DNA of 64,000 nt from the human T2T-CHM13v2.0 reference genome, Homo sapiens (GCF_009914755.1 NC_060934.1); one strand, 5' to 3'; shown: positions 45,691 through 61,150, numbered from the stretch's first letter. Translations and numbers: made by a program. Notes: generated by a model from the sequence alone, not told the origin.

Positions 45691-46365
45691 TGTTATAATA
45701 TCACTTTTTCTTTCTTTTTTTTTTTTTAATGAATCCTATTCTTCTTTGCCTTCCATATGCTCTTAAAGAAATATATTTTCTAAAATATCTAACCAGTATG
45801 CAGTAGAATTACGTTGTACCCTCATCGAGTTCAGGCAGATTTAACCATATTCTTGGCCAAAGAAAAGAAGAAAATCCCTTTAATTTGCTCTTAGGATTTC
45901 TTAGCTTCCACTGTCCCAGAAAGTGAAGTGTACAGCCTAATCACAAAGAGAAGCAGAAGAAGTAAAAATTTTTTTTGAGCTTTCAAGCACCAGATACTAA
46001 GACAAGTGTTAGAAATTTGAAAAGAAACTTCTTTAAAATCACCCGTAAAAACTTATGTGGTAAATGTCCTATACCTTCTTTCAGCTGCAACTCCTCTAGT
46101 TAAATATCTAACAATATAGGATCCTAAAATCTTATTTTCTTATATGAGAATTGTATTTTATCAAGTCCCTTTTGGAGGTGTCATCTATGAAACCTGCAGG
46201 TTTTAGACATGATGGCAGCTAGTGATCCACAGTTGATAAAATACTGTCTCGAGCATCTCAAAAGGATTTGTACACCGAATGACTTCAGGATTTCTGGTGT
46301 GTTGTGAGAAATATGGTATAAACACTGTACTATCACTCTTAGCATTCAAATAAAATGGATTTCAG

Positions 46366-46665
46366 CAGGGCGTGGTGTCTCACACCTGTAATCCCAGCAC
46401 TTTGGGTGGTTGAGGCAGATCACTTCAGCCCATTAGTTCAAGAGCAGCCTGGGCAACATAGTGAGACCATCTGTTGAAAAAAAAAATAGCCAGGCATGGT
46501 GGCATGCACCTGTAGTCCCAGCTATTCAGGAAGCTGAAGCAGGAAGATCACTTGAGCCCAGGAGGTTGAGGCTGCAGTTAGCTGTGATTGCATCACGCTG
46601 TGATTGCATCACACTGCGTTCCAGCGACAGAATGAGACCCTGTCTCAAAAAATAAAATAAAATAC
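46366..46665 (+). mobile_element. AluJ
   Basis: Diverged dimer with an internal duplication gctgtgattgcatcac x2. Confidence 0.85.
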
Positions 46666-46820
46666 AATGAAAAAAATAATGTTAAAGGGCCCCCAAAAAA
46701 ATCAATAAAAATGATGTATCTGTTTTTGAAAGCACGTTATGTTGGGGATCTCTCCCCATAGTAGAGGGTCATTTTCGCAAATAACTTGTCACAAATATGG
46801 AAGAAGCCACATACTAGGTA

Positions 46821-47550
46821 CAGGTTGAGCATCTCTAATCCAAAAATTTGAAATCTGAAATGCTCAAAAATTTGAAATATTTTGAACACTGACATGACAC
46901 CACAAGTGGAAAATTCCATACCTGACCTCATGTGACAGTTCACCGGTTGAAGTCAAAACACAGACGCAGAGGACACAGTTAAGTCAGTGACCCAAAGGGA
47001 AAAAAAGGCCCCCCCAGCTGCTGATGTAGGTATTCTGGTGGTGCTATTATGCTGCTTAATTTCCCAGAGCACTTTTTTTGTTAACTGAATTAATGGTATG
47101 TTATGTTTTTTACTGTTAAGTACTGACATGTGAATACATGCAAGAAAATGATTGCTTATCAGTAGCATATAAATTCATAGTCGGGAATGATGGTGATACA
47201 AGATAACCACAGATAGTCCACATGTGTGACTAAGATGGTGACACCTTTGCTTTCTGATGGTTCCTTGTATACAAACTGTTTCATTCACAAAACTATGTAA
47301 AATATTGTATAAAATTACTTTCAGGCTACATGTATAAGGTATATATAAAACATAAGTAAATTTTGTGTTTAGGCTTGGATCCCATCCCCAAGATAACCTC
47401 ATTATGTATATGCAGACATTTCAAAAGTTGAAAAAATCTGAAATCCAAAACATTTTGGATTTCAGATTTTCTTTTCATTTTTATGAAAAGTCCCAAGCAT
47501 TTATTTTCATTTTTTATGACAAGTATTTCAGATAAGGATTACTCAACCCA
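46821..47550. mobile_element. Tigger4/Zombi-type DNA transposon derivative
   Basis: TA|CAGGTTGAGCATCTCTAATC ... GATAAGGATTACTCAACCCA|TA: imperfect TIRs with a TA TSD. Confidence 0.8.
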
Positions 47551-47935
47551 TACTAGAAAGCATATTTCACTCCTTTCTCCCAATAAATCCAGTGATAAAG
47601 TACTTAGATTATGCCATTTTGTTCAAAAATTCCTTGATGACTATATTGAATATAAACCAGAAATTAATAGGCTCATTACAACAAATTATGAAGAGCACTA
47701 TTCATTTGGAATTTGAAATTGTTGATAAGTACTGGTGGGGTTACTAGAAAATAATAAAGTAATCTAGAAATTGTGGAATTTCTAAGTTGGAGTTTTATAG
47801 TTCCTTAGTGATCTTCAGTAGTTCATTTACTATCTACTATATATGCATGCGTGAGAAACATTAAAGAGTAAAACAGCAGATGTCACAGATGTATATAGTA
47901 CATGCAGTGTAAGTGGTCTAAATAAATGGAAGCTA

Positions 47936-48103
<168 letters not shown>

Positions 48104-48289
48104 TTAAAAAAACATCACATCTTCTGGGAAAGCATAGTCATATACTTGGGAGTTAAATTGCTCTGAGAAAAATTGGTAACATTTGAATAAACTGCATATA
48201 TTGGAGACTCTCAAAATCTGCAAGGAAGGACTTGTGAACAAAGGTGAAATGAATAAAGAATCTAGTCTGGTTCTTGTACTGCCCTTCCC

Positions 48290-49200
48290 CAAGGAATAAA
48301 TCTAAACTGAGGACAATCTTGAGGACCAGTGTGAGGAGTCTGTGACTCCAGACATGGGGAGCTCCTTGACAGGGGTTTCAAACATAGAGTTATGATACTT
48401 TTACCGGGGTGCTAGCTATGGAAATGGAGACAAATGATCAGAGACATAAAAGATTTCGGGGAAAGGATCAGCCAAATGCACTGACTTCTGTGTGAAAGAC
48501 TAGGGGAGAAAAACTAAAGCTCATTGAAGGATCTAAGCATGTAGGATTAGAAGAGGGTTATGCCATTAACAGAAATAAGAGATTCGAGGTAAAAGGCAAA
48601 TTTTCCAGGACAGCGATAAGGAGTTCTGTTTCAGAGAGTGAATTTGAGATGATAGTTGAATGGAAATGCACAGCAGACAACACGAAATGTGAGACATCAG
48701 GGTTGGAGATAGAGATCAGCAAAACTGATGAGTCAAGTGTAGGAATGCAACTGATCTTTGATATGGATAAAAATCAAGGGCTAAATATGAAATCTTGGGG
48801 AATTTTCTGCATTTTGGAAGGGGGACAAGAGCCATTTAAGGAGATGGAATGGGCCAGAGAGGTTAGAATAAAACTAAAAATATCATAGCTTCAAAGTAGA
48901 AGAGGGAAAAGTTTCAATGATCTGGTACTGAACATTGGCCTGTGCAAAGACAGCTACATGAATAGACAAGACTATTAGATTAAGCAATTGCCATTTTGGT
49001 GTCATTTCAACGGAGTAATTAGAATAGAAGCTATGTCCATGTGAGTTAAAGTGCAAATTAACTAATAAAGAAACGACAGAAGTCTATGTCATATTTTCCG
49101 TAGATGCAACAGTGAATGGAAAGAAAAGTAACATAATTGCTTGAGTGAACACTACAGCTTGGCTTTGAGATCAAGTAAAGGGTGTTTGCTTTGATTGGGT
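48290..49200. mobile_element. Degenerate L2 fragments
   Basis: L2-like motifs (gagttctgttt..gtgaatttgagatg; gggttggagatagagat). Confidence 0.5.
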
Positions 49201-49988
49201 TTTCCCAGAGGGCAAAGAATCCAATAAACTAAATATGGGCTTTCATGAACTAAGATCTCAAATATTTCAGGAAGAATCACCAGTGGACACAAACTAGTGG
49301 TGTAAATGTTTATTAGACTTTATAATTCAAAACATTCCAGGATTATTCTTTCATTTTACAATTTAGAGTTTCCAGATGGTTAGGCCAGGGACTGCCATTT
49401 CCTGTAGGTGGACTGAGAGAGGACTAAGAGAGGGAATGAGACCAGTCATTTTATTTCCAGTTTTCTCATGCCTTTTTTTCCCCCTCTGGCTTATCTTTTA
49501 TGCTGTTTAGTGATCCTCTTTGTGTCTTGAATTTGTCAGTTCTGAATTTTCATTGCATCTTGGGCACTTATTCCTGCATTAATCAATTAACAGTTTGCTT
49601 TGAATATTACCCAAGTTAACAAATGTTGTTATTCTTCAGAGACTTTTGGAAACTCCCCACATTCCTGTGGTTCTAAGGTTATCACACAGGTGCCAAGTCA
49701 CACACTTAAACGCCAGTTCACAAAGACTAATTAATACCTTTGATTAAGTGGCTACATTGAGTTTATAGTCAGTAATTTTTCCCTCATACAAACCAGTTGT
49801 ATTTATAACAAAATTTAAACATCATTTTACCAATGGAAAAAATGTTATATGCGATACAAATTTCAAATCTAATTCATTCTTAAGGTGCAGTCACTAGTAA
49901 CCTGTTGTGTGTCTGTAACATCTTGAGCAGGTTTCCCAACCCTAATGAATCAGATTTCTTAGTAATGTGCAGAAATTACATTTTTTAA

Positions 49989-50369
<381 letters not shown>

Positions 50370-50393
50370 CAGAAATTGGTTTATTTTATAGTA

Positions 50394-50733
50394 CAGGCTT
50401 CCCTCGGTGTCCATGGATTGGTTCCAGGACCTCCCATGGATACCAAAATCTGAGAATGCTCAAGCCCCTGATTTAAAATGACAGTATTTGCCTATAAGCT
50501 ATGCACATAATCCTGTATACTTTAAATTATTACGTCATCTCTTGATTGCAAATAATACCTAATACAGTGTGAATGCTATGTAAATAGTTGTTATACTGTA
50601 TTGTTTAGAGAATAATGACAAGGAAAAAAGTGTACATGCTCAGTACCCATACAATTATTTTAGCGAGTATTTTCTATCAGCAGTTGGTTGCATCCATGGA
50701 TGTGGAACCCACAGATACAGATGGGGCCAATTG
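50394..50733. mobile_element. MER2 (Tigger-family MITE)
   Basis: TA|CAGGCTTCCCTCGGTGTCCATGGATTGGTTCCAGGACC...GATACAGATGGGGCCAATTG|TA. Confidence 0.85.
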
Positions 50734-52200
50734 TATTTCACAAAAGGGCTATCCATATTTGAAGTGAGAATGAAAGGAGCCAGTATAGAGGAAATGATTA
50801 AAGTGACTACAGGGAAAGATACTATTTGAGTCAGCGGTATCTTGACAAAGGGTGGAAGGAAATGAGAGTAACAGCACAGATGTGAAACTCAGCCTTAAAA
50901 AGGAAGAGATAGTCTTACTTTCGAAACAAGAAGATGAAAGGACTCTGATGTAAGAGGGAAGGGTATGGGATGTAGTATTGCTAGGTTCCTTTCCCTGCAA
51001 CTTCAGGTTGGTTACATCACTTGCTGAGTTGTATGACGGCCACCTAGGAGGCAGTTCAAACAAGGACAGCAAAAGAATACAGACTAAGAAGAAAGAGAGG
51101 AAAGTCTTACCAGTTAACATCAGGAGCTGAACTGAAATTGAAATGAAATGCAACTGGACATGTTTAGACTCATTTTCTTTCATTTACAGGGTAAGATTTG
51201 AGTTAATGATACTTTTGTTTTGTCGTTGGTAGTAGGCTTGATCCTGGGTGTTTTTTTTTGGCGGGAGGGTGTTGGGGGAAAAAGAGAAATCCTCCATCCT
51301 GTTAATGGCTTAGAAGTGCATTTTACTGAGTCTTTCTTCATAAAAACGATATTCTGAATGTTGGTGACATTCCTTGGCCAATCCACATAAAGACAGTCTT
51401 ATAAAAATCTTAATTTATCTTTGTACATTTTCATATTATAGCTACTGTCTTAGGTTTATTGAAATAGGTACATAAGAATGGTATAAAATGTCATAATCTC
51501 TAGGTTAGTCTCAAAAATCTCATTACTTCGTTTTCGTTCTCAACCAAAGCAAGCATATTTTTCTGGACAGTTTATGGTAATGAGCCAAAATGGTGCCAGG
51601 CAACTTCCTTGGGACAGAAAATCAAAACTCTAATACAAAGTACGAAGTTCAGAGAAGGAAGATAGTCTTTAAAAGAAAATTGTTTCAGGTGGAAGAGATA
51701 AGTCAAAGAGGAGCATTTATTAAAACAGAGGCATAACTTGAGATGTGGGGCCATTAAAAAGAAATGTTGTGTTTTTATGAAGATCCATATAGCATTGCTA
51801 GCTTTCCAGGTGGAGAGCAAGGACCTCCACTGTTTTTTCTACTAAAGCTTTATTCCAACTTCTTCTAACCCTTTCTTCCCCCACTTTTAAAGATATTTGG
51901 GATTTGTAGTGTTCAAATTGGGTTAACAAACATAAAAGGATGTTTTCTGGACATAAAGGAAATTTGATTTACAGACTTTTTCCAGGATTTGTTAATAAAC
52001 AAACGCTGACATCTTAGAATAAATTAAGTATCAATACTACACGAACTGAATTTAATATTCTTTGTGTTTTTTTCATAATTTAAAACAATTTAACAAATTT
52101 CAAAATGTTTAATGAAAAAGTTAATAAAATTCTCATATTTTTGTACATTATTTAATGTAAAAATTACTGTACTTCCTACATTGTATTTGAAAGTATATAA

Positions 52201-52442
52201 TGCCAGACACAGTCGCTTAGGCCTGTAATTCCAACACTTTGAGAATGTAACAGCCAATGTAGTGAAACCTTGTCTCCACAAAAAAATGCAGAAATTAGTT
52301 GAGTGTGATGGCATGCACCTATAGTCCTAGCTACTCAGGAGGCTGAGATGGAAGGATCCCTTGAGCCTGGGAGATTGAGGCTTCAGTAAGCTGCGATTGC
52401 ACCACTGTGCAATCTAATTTAATCTCTTAAAAAAAAAAAAAA
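52201..52442 (+). mobile_element. Degenerate AluJ with deletions
   Basis: Recognisable Alu blocks and A-tail. Confidence 0.75.
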
Positions 52443-54031
52443 CTGTATACCCACCACATATTATCTTTCTCCTGCATAGATCAGAAATAAAGCAAGACAC
52501 ATAAGGCAGTAATTCCTAGGGTTAAGTGATATAAAAAGTACTATTAAAAAATACGTCTCTGCACAAAATTATTTTTAACACCTAGTTTGCATTATAAAGG
52601 CATAAAAGCTTTATACACTTTAATCGCATGAAAGTTTATTAACAAATAACCAGGATAAACTACTCATTGCTTTTTAAAGAAATATGTGTTTGCTTTTAAG
52701 AATATGAAGAAACAGGCTAATTTCAGTTTTTAGGCAGAATTGGGTGATGAGAAAAAATGTATTCTCACTTTTGATATATGACTTTCTTTATATTTTGTAA
52801 GATTTTCTTTGTATATTTTTTCTATAGATTTCTCTCCTATTCTGTATATGGAGGAAAATAATTTGAGAAAATGTTAGTTTCTAATATTTTCAACATAAGA
52901 TTAAAAAATAAAAGTTAAACATGCCATTTCAGTAAGTTATTTAGAAATATTTCATTTTTCAGAAATGTTGCCTGCATGGATTTAATTTATAGTGAAGTGT
53001 TTTGTGTGTGCTATTTATAAAAAGAGTCTTTACAATGTAAACTTTTATGCTCACTGTAAAATCATCTGTGTTTGTTTATTAAACATATGTCACTTTGAAA
53101 TGCTGTACTTTGCTGTGGGATACATTTTAGTTTAATTTTTATCGCCTCTTTCCTCATCCATGCCAAGAAAAAACTGAAAGCTTGACTTTATGTTTTTGCA
53201 TCAAGGCTTGTTTCTAATATGAATATACTGTGTACCACATCTTATTGACCTCAAAAAAAGAAATAATATAAACTTTACATATATTACATTTACACTGCCC
53301 TCTACGACAGGATAGAATTTATATCTGGAAATATAAGATATGCCAATACCTTGAGTTTTTCTGTAATTTTTAGCTAATTTAGTGCCTCTTGCAATTATTT
53401 ACAGATAGATTAAAATTTGATTACTTTAACATTAAGTAGCCTTTTGGATATCAAAGTTTAAGATTAAATACCATCATTGTGAAGTTTCACTGATCTGTTA
53501 TGCTCCCTTCACTGCACGTAATGAGGTACTTGTTACTCATAAGGCTAAGAATCCTCTTACTTTACTCTTCTAAATAGGCTTCTTCAAAGCAACAGTGTAC
53601 CTTAGACTAAACAGTGAAACTCTAGATTCTAGAGTGTAGATACATTCAAAACACCAAGATTAAGGCAAAGATGCTAGCTCTTGTCATTTGACATGAAATA
53701 GAAATAAAAGATACAAATATAGAGAAACAAAAAAATTACTGATAATTATTCCTTCTAAGTGTAAAATCCTGAAGAGTTAAGTGAAATATTATTAAATTCT
53801 TATTTTTTCATTTTACAATAGAGGATATACTTGTTAAAAATGATTTTATATAGCAAGAATGTTCAGATATGAAAATAAATTATAATAGTGATTAAAAATA
53901 TGACAGAAATAATCTTACCAGAATATACATGAGATCTGAGGATGAAAACTACAAAAGAAATTAAAACTTGGCAAAAAACATTCTCAAGCTTATCTGGAGG
54001 AATAAAGTGATAAAGTTTAATAAAGTTAACA

Positions 54032-54340
54032 GGCTGGGCGCGGTGGCTCACACCTGTAATCCCAGCACTTTGGGAGGCCGAGGCAGGCGGATCACGAGGT
54101 CAGGAGATCGAGACCATCCTGGCTAACACGGTGAAACCCCGTCTCTACTAAAAATACAAAAAATTAGCCGGGCGTAGTGGCGGGCGCCTGTAGTCCCAGC
54201 TACTCAGGAGTCTGAGGCAGGAGAATGGCGTGAACCCAGGAGGCGGAGCTTGCAGTGAGTCGAGATCGCGCCACTGCATTCCAGCCTGGGCGACAGAGCA
54301 AGACTCCGTTTCAAAAAAAAAAAAAAAAGTAAAAAAAAGA
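54032..54340 (+). mobile_element. AluY
   Basis: gagatcgagaccatcctggctaacacgg; ggcgtgaacc..gcggagcttgcag. Confidence 0.92.
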
Positions 54341-55044
54341 AACAATGAAGGAAAACTAGCCCTACAAAACACTGAAATGTTTAAAATGCAAATATCCCAG
54401 CGTAGTAGGCCGATCAACGTAACATAGAACCTATAAATAGGTGCTTTTACATGTAGAATTTATTTTGATAAAGTTACGAATAAAGGTAATAATGTGGGAA
54501 GCAATAGCCTCCAGTAATGCTGAAGCAACAGGATCTTAGAACAGCGTTTGCAAAGTGTGCTCTACAGAAAACTATGATAATAGAAATCAAAATTTAAAGT
54601 GTCCATAGTCCAGTCACCTTGAGAAACTCTGGGATAAAATTGTGTTTTTTATAGCAAAATTAAAATAATGTGTGCTGTGATTCAAATGGGCTATATGATA
54701 TGTTTTTTTAACACAGAATGAAACCAAATCAGAGTGTCTTGCAGGATTCAGGTTCTTTGGACCACACTCTGCAAAACACTATGTTAGAAATTTAGTTTTG
54801 TCCCTCTCCCTCCCACTGGACACCAAAACAGCAGTTATATCTAAAATGTGAATTCATGAAAATGAATGGAAATTTGTATTTCTCACATCTCTAGAAGAAA
54901 GCTGTCTCCATGAATGATGTTAAAAAGGGAGATATTGACATATTTGTATGAAAGTGGAGAAATTGAGAATATGAAAAAATAAGCAAAATGAAAAGATTTG
55001 GGAAAGACTGCTGCAAAAATAACAGAGGAATAATATGCAGTTGA

Positions 55045-55344
<300 letters not shown>

Positions 55345-55668
55345 TAAATGAACTTAAACTCTTAGAAGTAAATAGGCAATGGACATGTTCACTAGAAAGG
55401 AATGTAACTAATATATAAACATAAGAAAGGCCTTCAACACTCATCACAATCACACTGAAATTCAATAAATGATGTGTGTATTATGCACAAGTCAATTTCT
55501 TCATCTTACTAAGTAGCATATGTAGTTTACATATGCTGTTTAAGAAAGCCTATATAAGATAGCCAAGAAAATCTTTATGTTATATGAATTAAGCATCACC
55601 TTCCACTCTGCCGAGCATAATACTGATTTTGAGATTAGATGTTTCACATTCATTCTTTCTCTTCCTAG

Positions 55669-55758
55669 TTCCCATTCTGTGATGGGGCTCACACAAAACA
55701 TAACGAAGAGACTGGAGACAATGTGGGCCCTCTGATCATCAAGAAAAAAGAAACTTAA
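55669..55758 (+). CDS. CISD1: CISD1 coding exon 3 (FPFCDGAHTKHNEETGDNVGPLIIKKKET*)
   Basis: Acceptor cttcctag|TTC, stop TAA at 55756-55758. Completes the C-x-C-x8-C-x3-H 2Fe-2S ligand set. Total 108 aa. Confidence 0.97.
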   Translation, partial: FPFCDGAHTKHNEETGDNVGPLIIKKKET

Positions 55759-57700
55759 ATGGACACTTTTGATGCTGCAAATCAGCTTGTCGTGAAGTTA
55801 CCTGATTGTTTAATTAGAATGACTACCACCTCTGTCTGATTCACCTTCGCTGGATTCTAAATGTGGTATATTGCAAACTGCAGCTTTCACATTTATGGCA
55901 TTTGTCTTGTTGAAACATCGTGGTGCACATTTGTTTAAACAAAAAAAAAAAAAAAAAGGAAAAACCAACCTCATGGCCTGTGGGTTATTTTGGTCTTGTA
56001 AGGATCCATTTCTTTAAAATACTGACATATAGAGTTGTACCTTATATAGAATATAGTTGTATCTTGAAGTCAACATATTAAATTATTCTCAAAATTATGT
56101 ATTTGCAGATTGTACTTGTAAGTTTCAAAGAAAAATTACCATCTTTTCATATTGACCTGGAAACTAAATAGGATGTGATTCAGCTACATTAATTTCTTAA
56201 TACAATCTAGGAAAGACCTGTTGTAGCCTTGATTTTCTTGACATTGGTAATGACACTGAGAAAATATGGCTTCTGTTTTTCACCGTTTTCAATCAAAATG
56301 ATTGATAAATGTTATTCTGTTTAATTTCATAAGTCAGGTCAATAATAAAGGGGTGGTAACTTCCTCATATTTATCTTCACAGATATTTAATGAAGATGGA
56401 TCCATTAAAGGAGCCAATAGTGAAAATTTAGTTAAAGGTGATATTAGATTTAAATTAGTCATGAAGAATGTCTTAAAATCTAATGTTCCAGAATTCTGGC
56501 CCAAGGAATGGTAAGCACTTGAACTGAGGATTTTGAAGGAATTGGAACATATAATGTCAAGTCTTTTGATCACTAAGCCACATATCCTGACAGAAATAGT
56601 AGTCACAAGATTAGATCAAAGGCGTGGGAAGATTTTTTTTTTTCCCACTCTAGCTAATCAAGCACATGGCTTTTAAATTGTATGATCTTTTTCTTAAAAG
56701 CAAAAATTTGAAGACAAGTGTTTGTTTATGTAATATTCTTCAAAGACTCCGAGCAGAAACATTGCATTCATTGTTGATTCAGAAAAAAGAAAATATAAAA
56801 ACTGAAAATAATTAGCAATAAAAGATTTAAGACAAATAGTTCATAAATATTTTTAAAGAGATTAGGTTTTTGAATTTCATAGGTTAGAAGGAAAATCATG
56901 GCAAAATTTACAGAAAATTGGGCAAACAATTGAAATTGATAAAGCAGGTAAACATCATCATTTATTTTAGTATACATGAATTCTCAGTAGTAGTCAATCA
57001 CAAATTTCTACTTGCTAAAATCCATTTACCTTGACAGGAATCAAACCTGACAGCAGCATATCCTATGTAATATATGATCATGGCTATTTTTAAATATGTA
57101 GTTTTGTGTATTACTGTAGATAAAAGTTGGTAACAAAATTGTACAGTGGTTTTAAGAAGCCCATGTAACTAACTTGGACATGTCTTTAAGTCACATATTC
57201 ATCATAAAATCTAAAATCCTACAAACTGATTCTATTAGATTCTTAGGGTAAATTTTTTCTTTGCCCACCTCCTTCTTTTTAAGATAAGTATGCATGTCAG
57301 CAAAACAGAGCAATCATGCTTTTAAAGATGAACTGTTTTAAAGAAAAATAAATGCATCAACTCCCAGTGTTTCTGATAAAGGGACATCCTTCTAACTTAA
57401 CAGACTATTCTTTATCTTGAATTTGAAATTATATTGTTAGTCATGCATTTTTGTAATGTCAGGGGGAACCTGGTACCAGTTCTCAAAACTATAGGATTAT
57501 ATGAGTGTGTGTATACATATGGCAAAATTATAAATGACCACCTTACTGTGAAATATAGATCTTGAGCATTTTGAAAGGCCAAAATAATTAGGTAAATGTA
57601 TTTTCAAGGTCATGTTAAAATGTTTACATGCTTTTGAACTAGCATTCATTTATGATTAAAACCCTTTTCAGGTTATTTGACCTAAAAACCAAAGTGAGTG
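55759..57700 (+). other. CISD1: CISD1 3' UTR (3' end approximate)
   Basis: AT-rich sequence after the stop, with candidate polyA hexamers: ATTAAA ~56077, AATAAA 56344, ~56817, ~57347, ATTAAA ~57655. The true end cannot be determined from sequence. Confidence 0.5.
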
Positions 57701-60700
57701 TGGTTAGGTTAATATGAGATTTTTTTACACAAAAATCATTGTGTGCAATTACTGTTCTAGCTAAGCACCTTAATGCTTCTAAGTGCTTTTCATTTCGTTG
57801 AGGCAAGACAAGTGGGGCTTTCATCTTTTTTTTCTCTATGTCATTTATATTCTAGTTATTTCTGAAGAGTGTACTAGGTTGAGAAGTTTCTAATGTGAAA
57901 AATCTTGTTCATCTGTTCATGCAACAGACATTTATTAGGCATCTGTAGACCATATAATTGAGACAGAGAAACATTTTGGAGAATTAGAAGCTCACACTAT
58001 TTATGGCATAGGTTATATAATTATGATAATTTATGATTTACTTTCTTGACAAAAACAGCTACAACCATGTATACCTACTATTTCTCCTACAAAGTAGGTG
58101 AGATTTTTTGATTTTACATTAGTTAGGGAGGTTTTTGATTTGGTTTTGCTTTAAGATAGGCATTGACTATAGCTTCTGATTAGCAACACACAGTATTTTG
58201 TGCTTGGGTATCTGTGAGGGTGTGTAATTCTAGTTGTCAGAAGCTGTGCTTTTTCTCCTTGATTTTAATACTAGCTGACCTCAGGCAAAGCCACTCACCT
58301 CTCAGCCTTTTAAATTGTGAAGTGAATGGACTAAATGGCATTTTAGGCAATTGTTCCCATATTCTAGGCCAACAGTAAATATTCAGCTCTCCTCAAAGGA
58401 AAAATATAAATAATGCTGATAGAAAGCTCAAATTTGATTTTTTTATTATGATTATTTCAGCTCTTATGGTATTTAAGTGTCTTTTATGAAATGTTGATTG
58501 TAGTAGCTTGGCAAAATAGTAAGGTGGCAGCCCAATGTTGATCCCTACTTTTTTTTTTCACTGCTCCATGGAATTTAAAAGTCTGGGAACCACTAAGCCA
58601 ACATCCTATCTAAAGTTCTGAGACTTATTAAGGTATTAAAGTAACAGTTTTATTTTGAGATTTAGCTTGTGTTATATGGAATTTTTCATTAGCACAATGT
58701 GTTGAGGTGAGACTTCATGGAAAGTTACTGTAAAAAACAAAAAAAAGTCCTTACTTCCATTCAGTTTACCATCATGGATCCAAACTAAGGGTAAAGCCAG
58801 TACATCCTAATATGTGCCCAACCCATAACTTTAAATGATTAAATGAAACACACAACAGGGAGATCTATTGTTAATGTGTTAACCAAAATTGCCAGGAATT
58901 GCCCTAAAGGGGAAAAATTGTTTAATCAGTAAATCAGTGAGGAAATACAAGATTATAAATTAGAAGTGTTGCTATGGTGTTAGCTCTTACATCCCTGAAC
59001 AACAAAAAAGACAGTTCAACCCCAAGCATGGAACAGAAAAATGCTGAGCTTAGAATGTTGTCAGCTAGATATTGTGTAAAATAGATGTTCTCTTTAATAC
59101 CTGTGTCTCTGTGGATAATGTATTTCTAGTTCTTCCATCCTGTCCCTTACAGATAACCAGAAGTCAATTCATGTTAATATTTTGTTCTTTAATTGTGACA
59201 TCGTTTTCATTTGTAAATATGCAGCATTATGTAGATTCCCAGCTTTTTCATTTAAAATAATTTCGAGCATTGCCCACCTGCCTGAATGCTCATTACTGGG
59301 AGGTAAATAATTTTTCTGCTGGTGATACTGCCTGCCAACAATTTCATAAGCAGTGGTTTATCTAACTCATTATACAAGATCGACATGAGATACAGACGAG
59401 AGATTATGTCTCTTATGGCTTTATCATCAATTAAACTTAGCAAAGTCTGTTAAATTTATTTCAGAGTCTCCCAGCTGTGAAAAGTAGAGTTCCACTTATG
59501 TCATCCATATCTGCACAGTAATCTTTTTTTTAATCCTAAACTTTCTTAACAGGTTTCTTCTCCTTATTCTAGACAATAATGCTATGTGTTTTCCTTGAAT
59601 ACCATGATTTTAAACTTTTAAAATGTCTCAGCCTTCATCTTTCCAATGCAGTCTACCCTGTAGCCTTCACATGAACCTTCTATATCTTTTCACTTTCACA
59701 TCCCTCCCAGCAAAGAACATTTTGATCATTAGTTAAAGCAACCTCACCGCTTTCTCTTTTAAAACTGTTTCTCTTAGAATCCACAGGGAAGCTGCATCTA
59801 GCACAGAAGCTAGTATGATTGGCTTTCCATTGCTAGTTACTGCTTTCAGCCTGACCCTGGATGCCACCTAGTGTTGAGTCTCTGATAATGAAAATATGAA
59901 ACCATAAATTACATTTCATAATTTAACAATGCCATCTAGTATATGCATTTGGTATATGTCCCTGAACTTGCAGTACCTTTGTACTCCAAAAAGTTCGGTC
60001 ACTTGCAGCAGTTTACATTTCTGTGACTCCCTTACGCTTTTGGCATCTGGTTTGGAAAATAATTATAACGTTCAAGCACTCACCTTTTTTAATCCCTGAG
60101 AAAGAAAATAATTTTTAAAATTTTGATTATTACAGTAGTCTCAGTACCCAGAACAGTTACAAGTACATAGCAGATGTTCAGTAAATACTTGTTTAATAAA
60201 TAGATTTGAATGCACGATTTTTAAAGGATACAAAGGTAACTGCCAAGAAGTCAATATTTTGTCTTGTTCTGCCCCCAAACCTGATTACCTTTTTTTTTTC
60301 ATATTTGTTTACATCATGTATTCTAAATTTTTGAACATGGCTTTTAGGAAAATGTACTGAATAGCTCTTATTCTGACAAGATTGGCTATAAAGTAGTCTA
60401 CCTAATCAGCACTTCTGTGGCTAAACTTGTGGTATAAAAACCAACCAACCAACAAAACTGCTATCCAAGTCAGCTTGTTTTAAACCAGTGTGCACATGGT
60501 GTATCATACATAACTGGGGAGATATGTGGTACTTGGTTATTTCAAATCTGGCCAGTGCTCTGGGAGAAAGCTGCTATAAAGACAACTAAAGTTTCTAGTG
60601 TTTGTCAGCCTGGAAGTCCTGGTGATTGCCCTTGGGGCAATGTGGGGACAACAATCATGGAATTCTAAGTCAGACTTAAAATCAGATCCCTGATCTGCCC

Positions 60701-60734
60701 CTCATTATTTGAGATCTTGAAGAAATTATTCTTT

Positions 60735-61150
60735 CTAATGGTTAATTTTATGTTGCAATTTGACAGGGCTACAAGGTGCCCAGATATTTGTTCAGACATT
60801 CTTCTGGGTGTTTCTGTGAGTGGTTTTGGATGAGATTAACATTTAAATCAGTAGACAAAGTAAAGCAGATTACCGTCCCTAACATGGGTGGGCCTCATTC
60901 AATCCTTTAAAGGCTTCAATAAAGCAAAAATGTTGTCCTTCTCCAGGAAGAGAGAATTCTTCCTGCTTGACTACTTTGAACTGAAATAAGGAATCTTCCT
61001 GGATCTCAAGCCTGCCTACTTTCAGACTAAAACTATAACATCTGCTCTCCTGTGTCTCCAGCTTGCTGACTCACCCTGCAGATCTTGTCAGCCTCCGTAA
61101 TCACGTGAACCAATTCCTAATAATCTCTCTCCATCCTATTTACTTTTTTA
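60735..61150 (+). mobile_element. MLT2-type (ERVL) LTR
   Basis: atggttaattttatgttgcaatttgac...gatgagattaacatttaaatcagtagac...gggtgggcctcat. Confidence 0.8.

Noticed and set aside
57135-57380. CAGTGN hexamers in the CISD1 3' UTR as possible iron-responsive elements
   Set aside because: The flanks do not form the 5-bp upper stem with a bulged C that an IRE requires.
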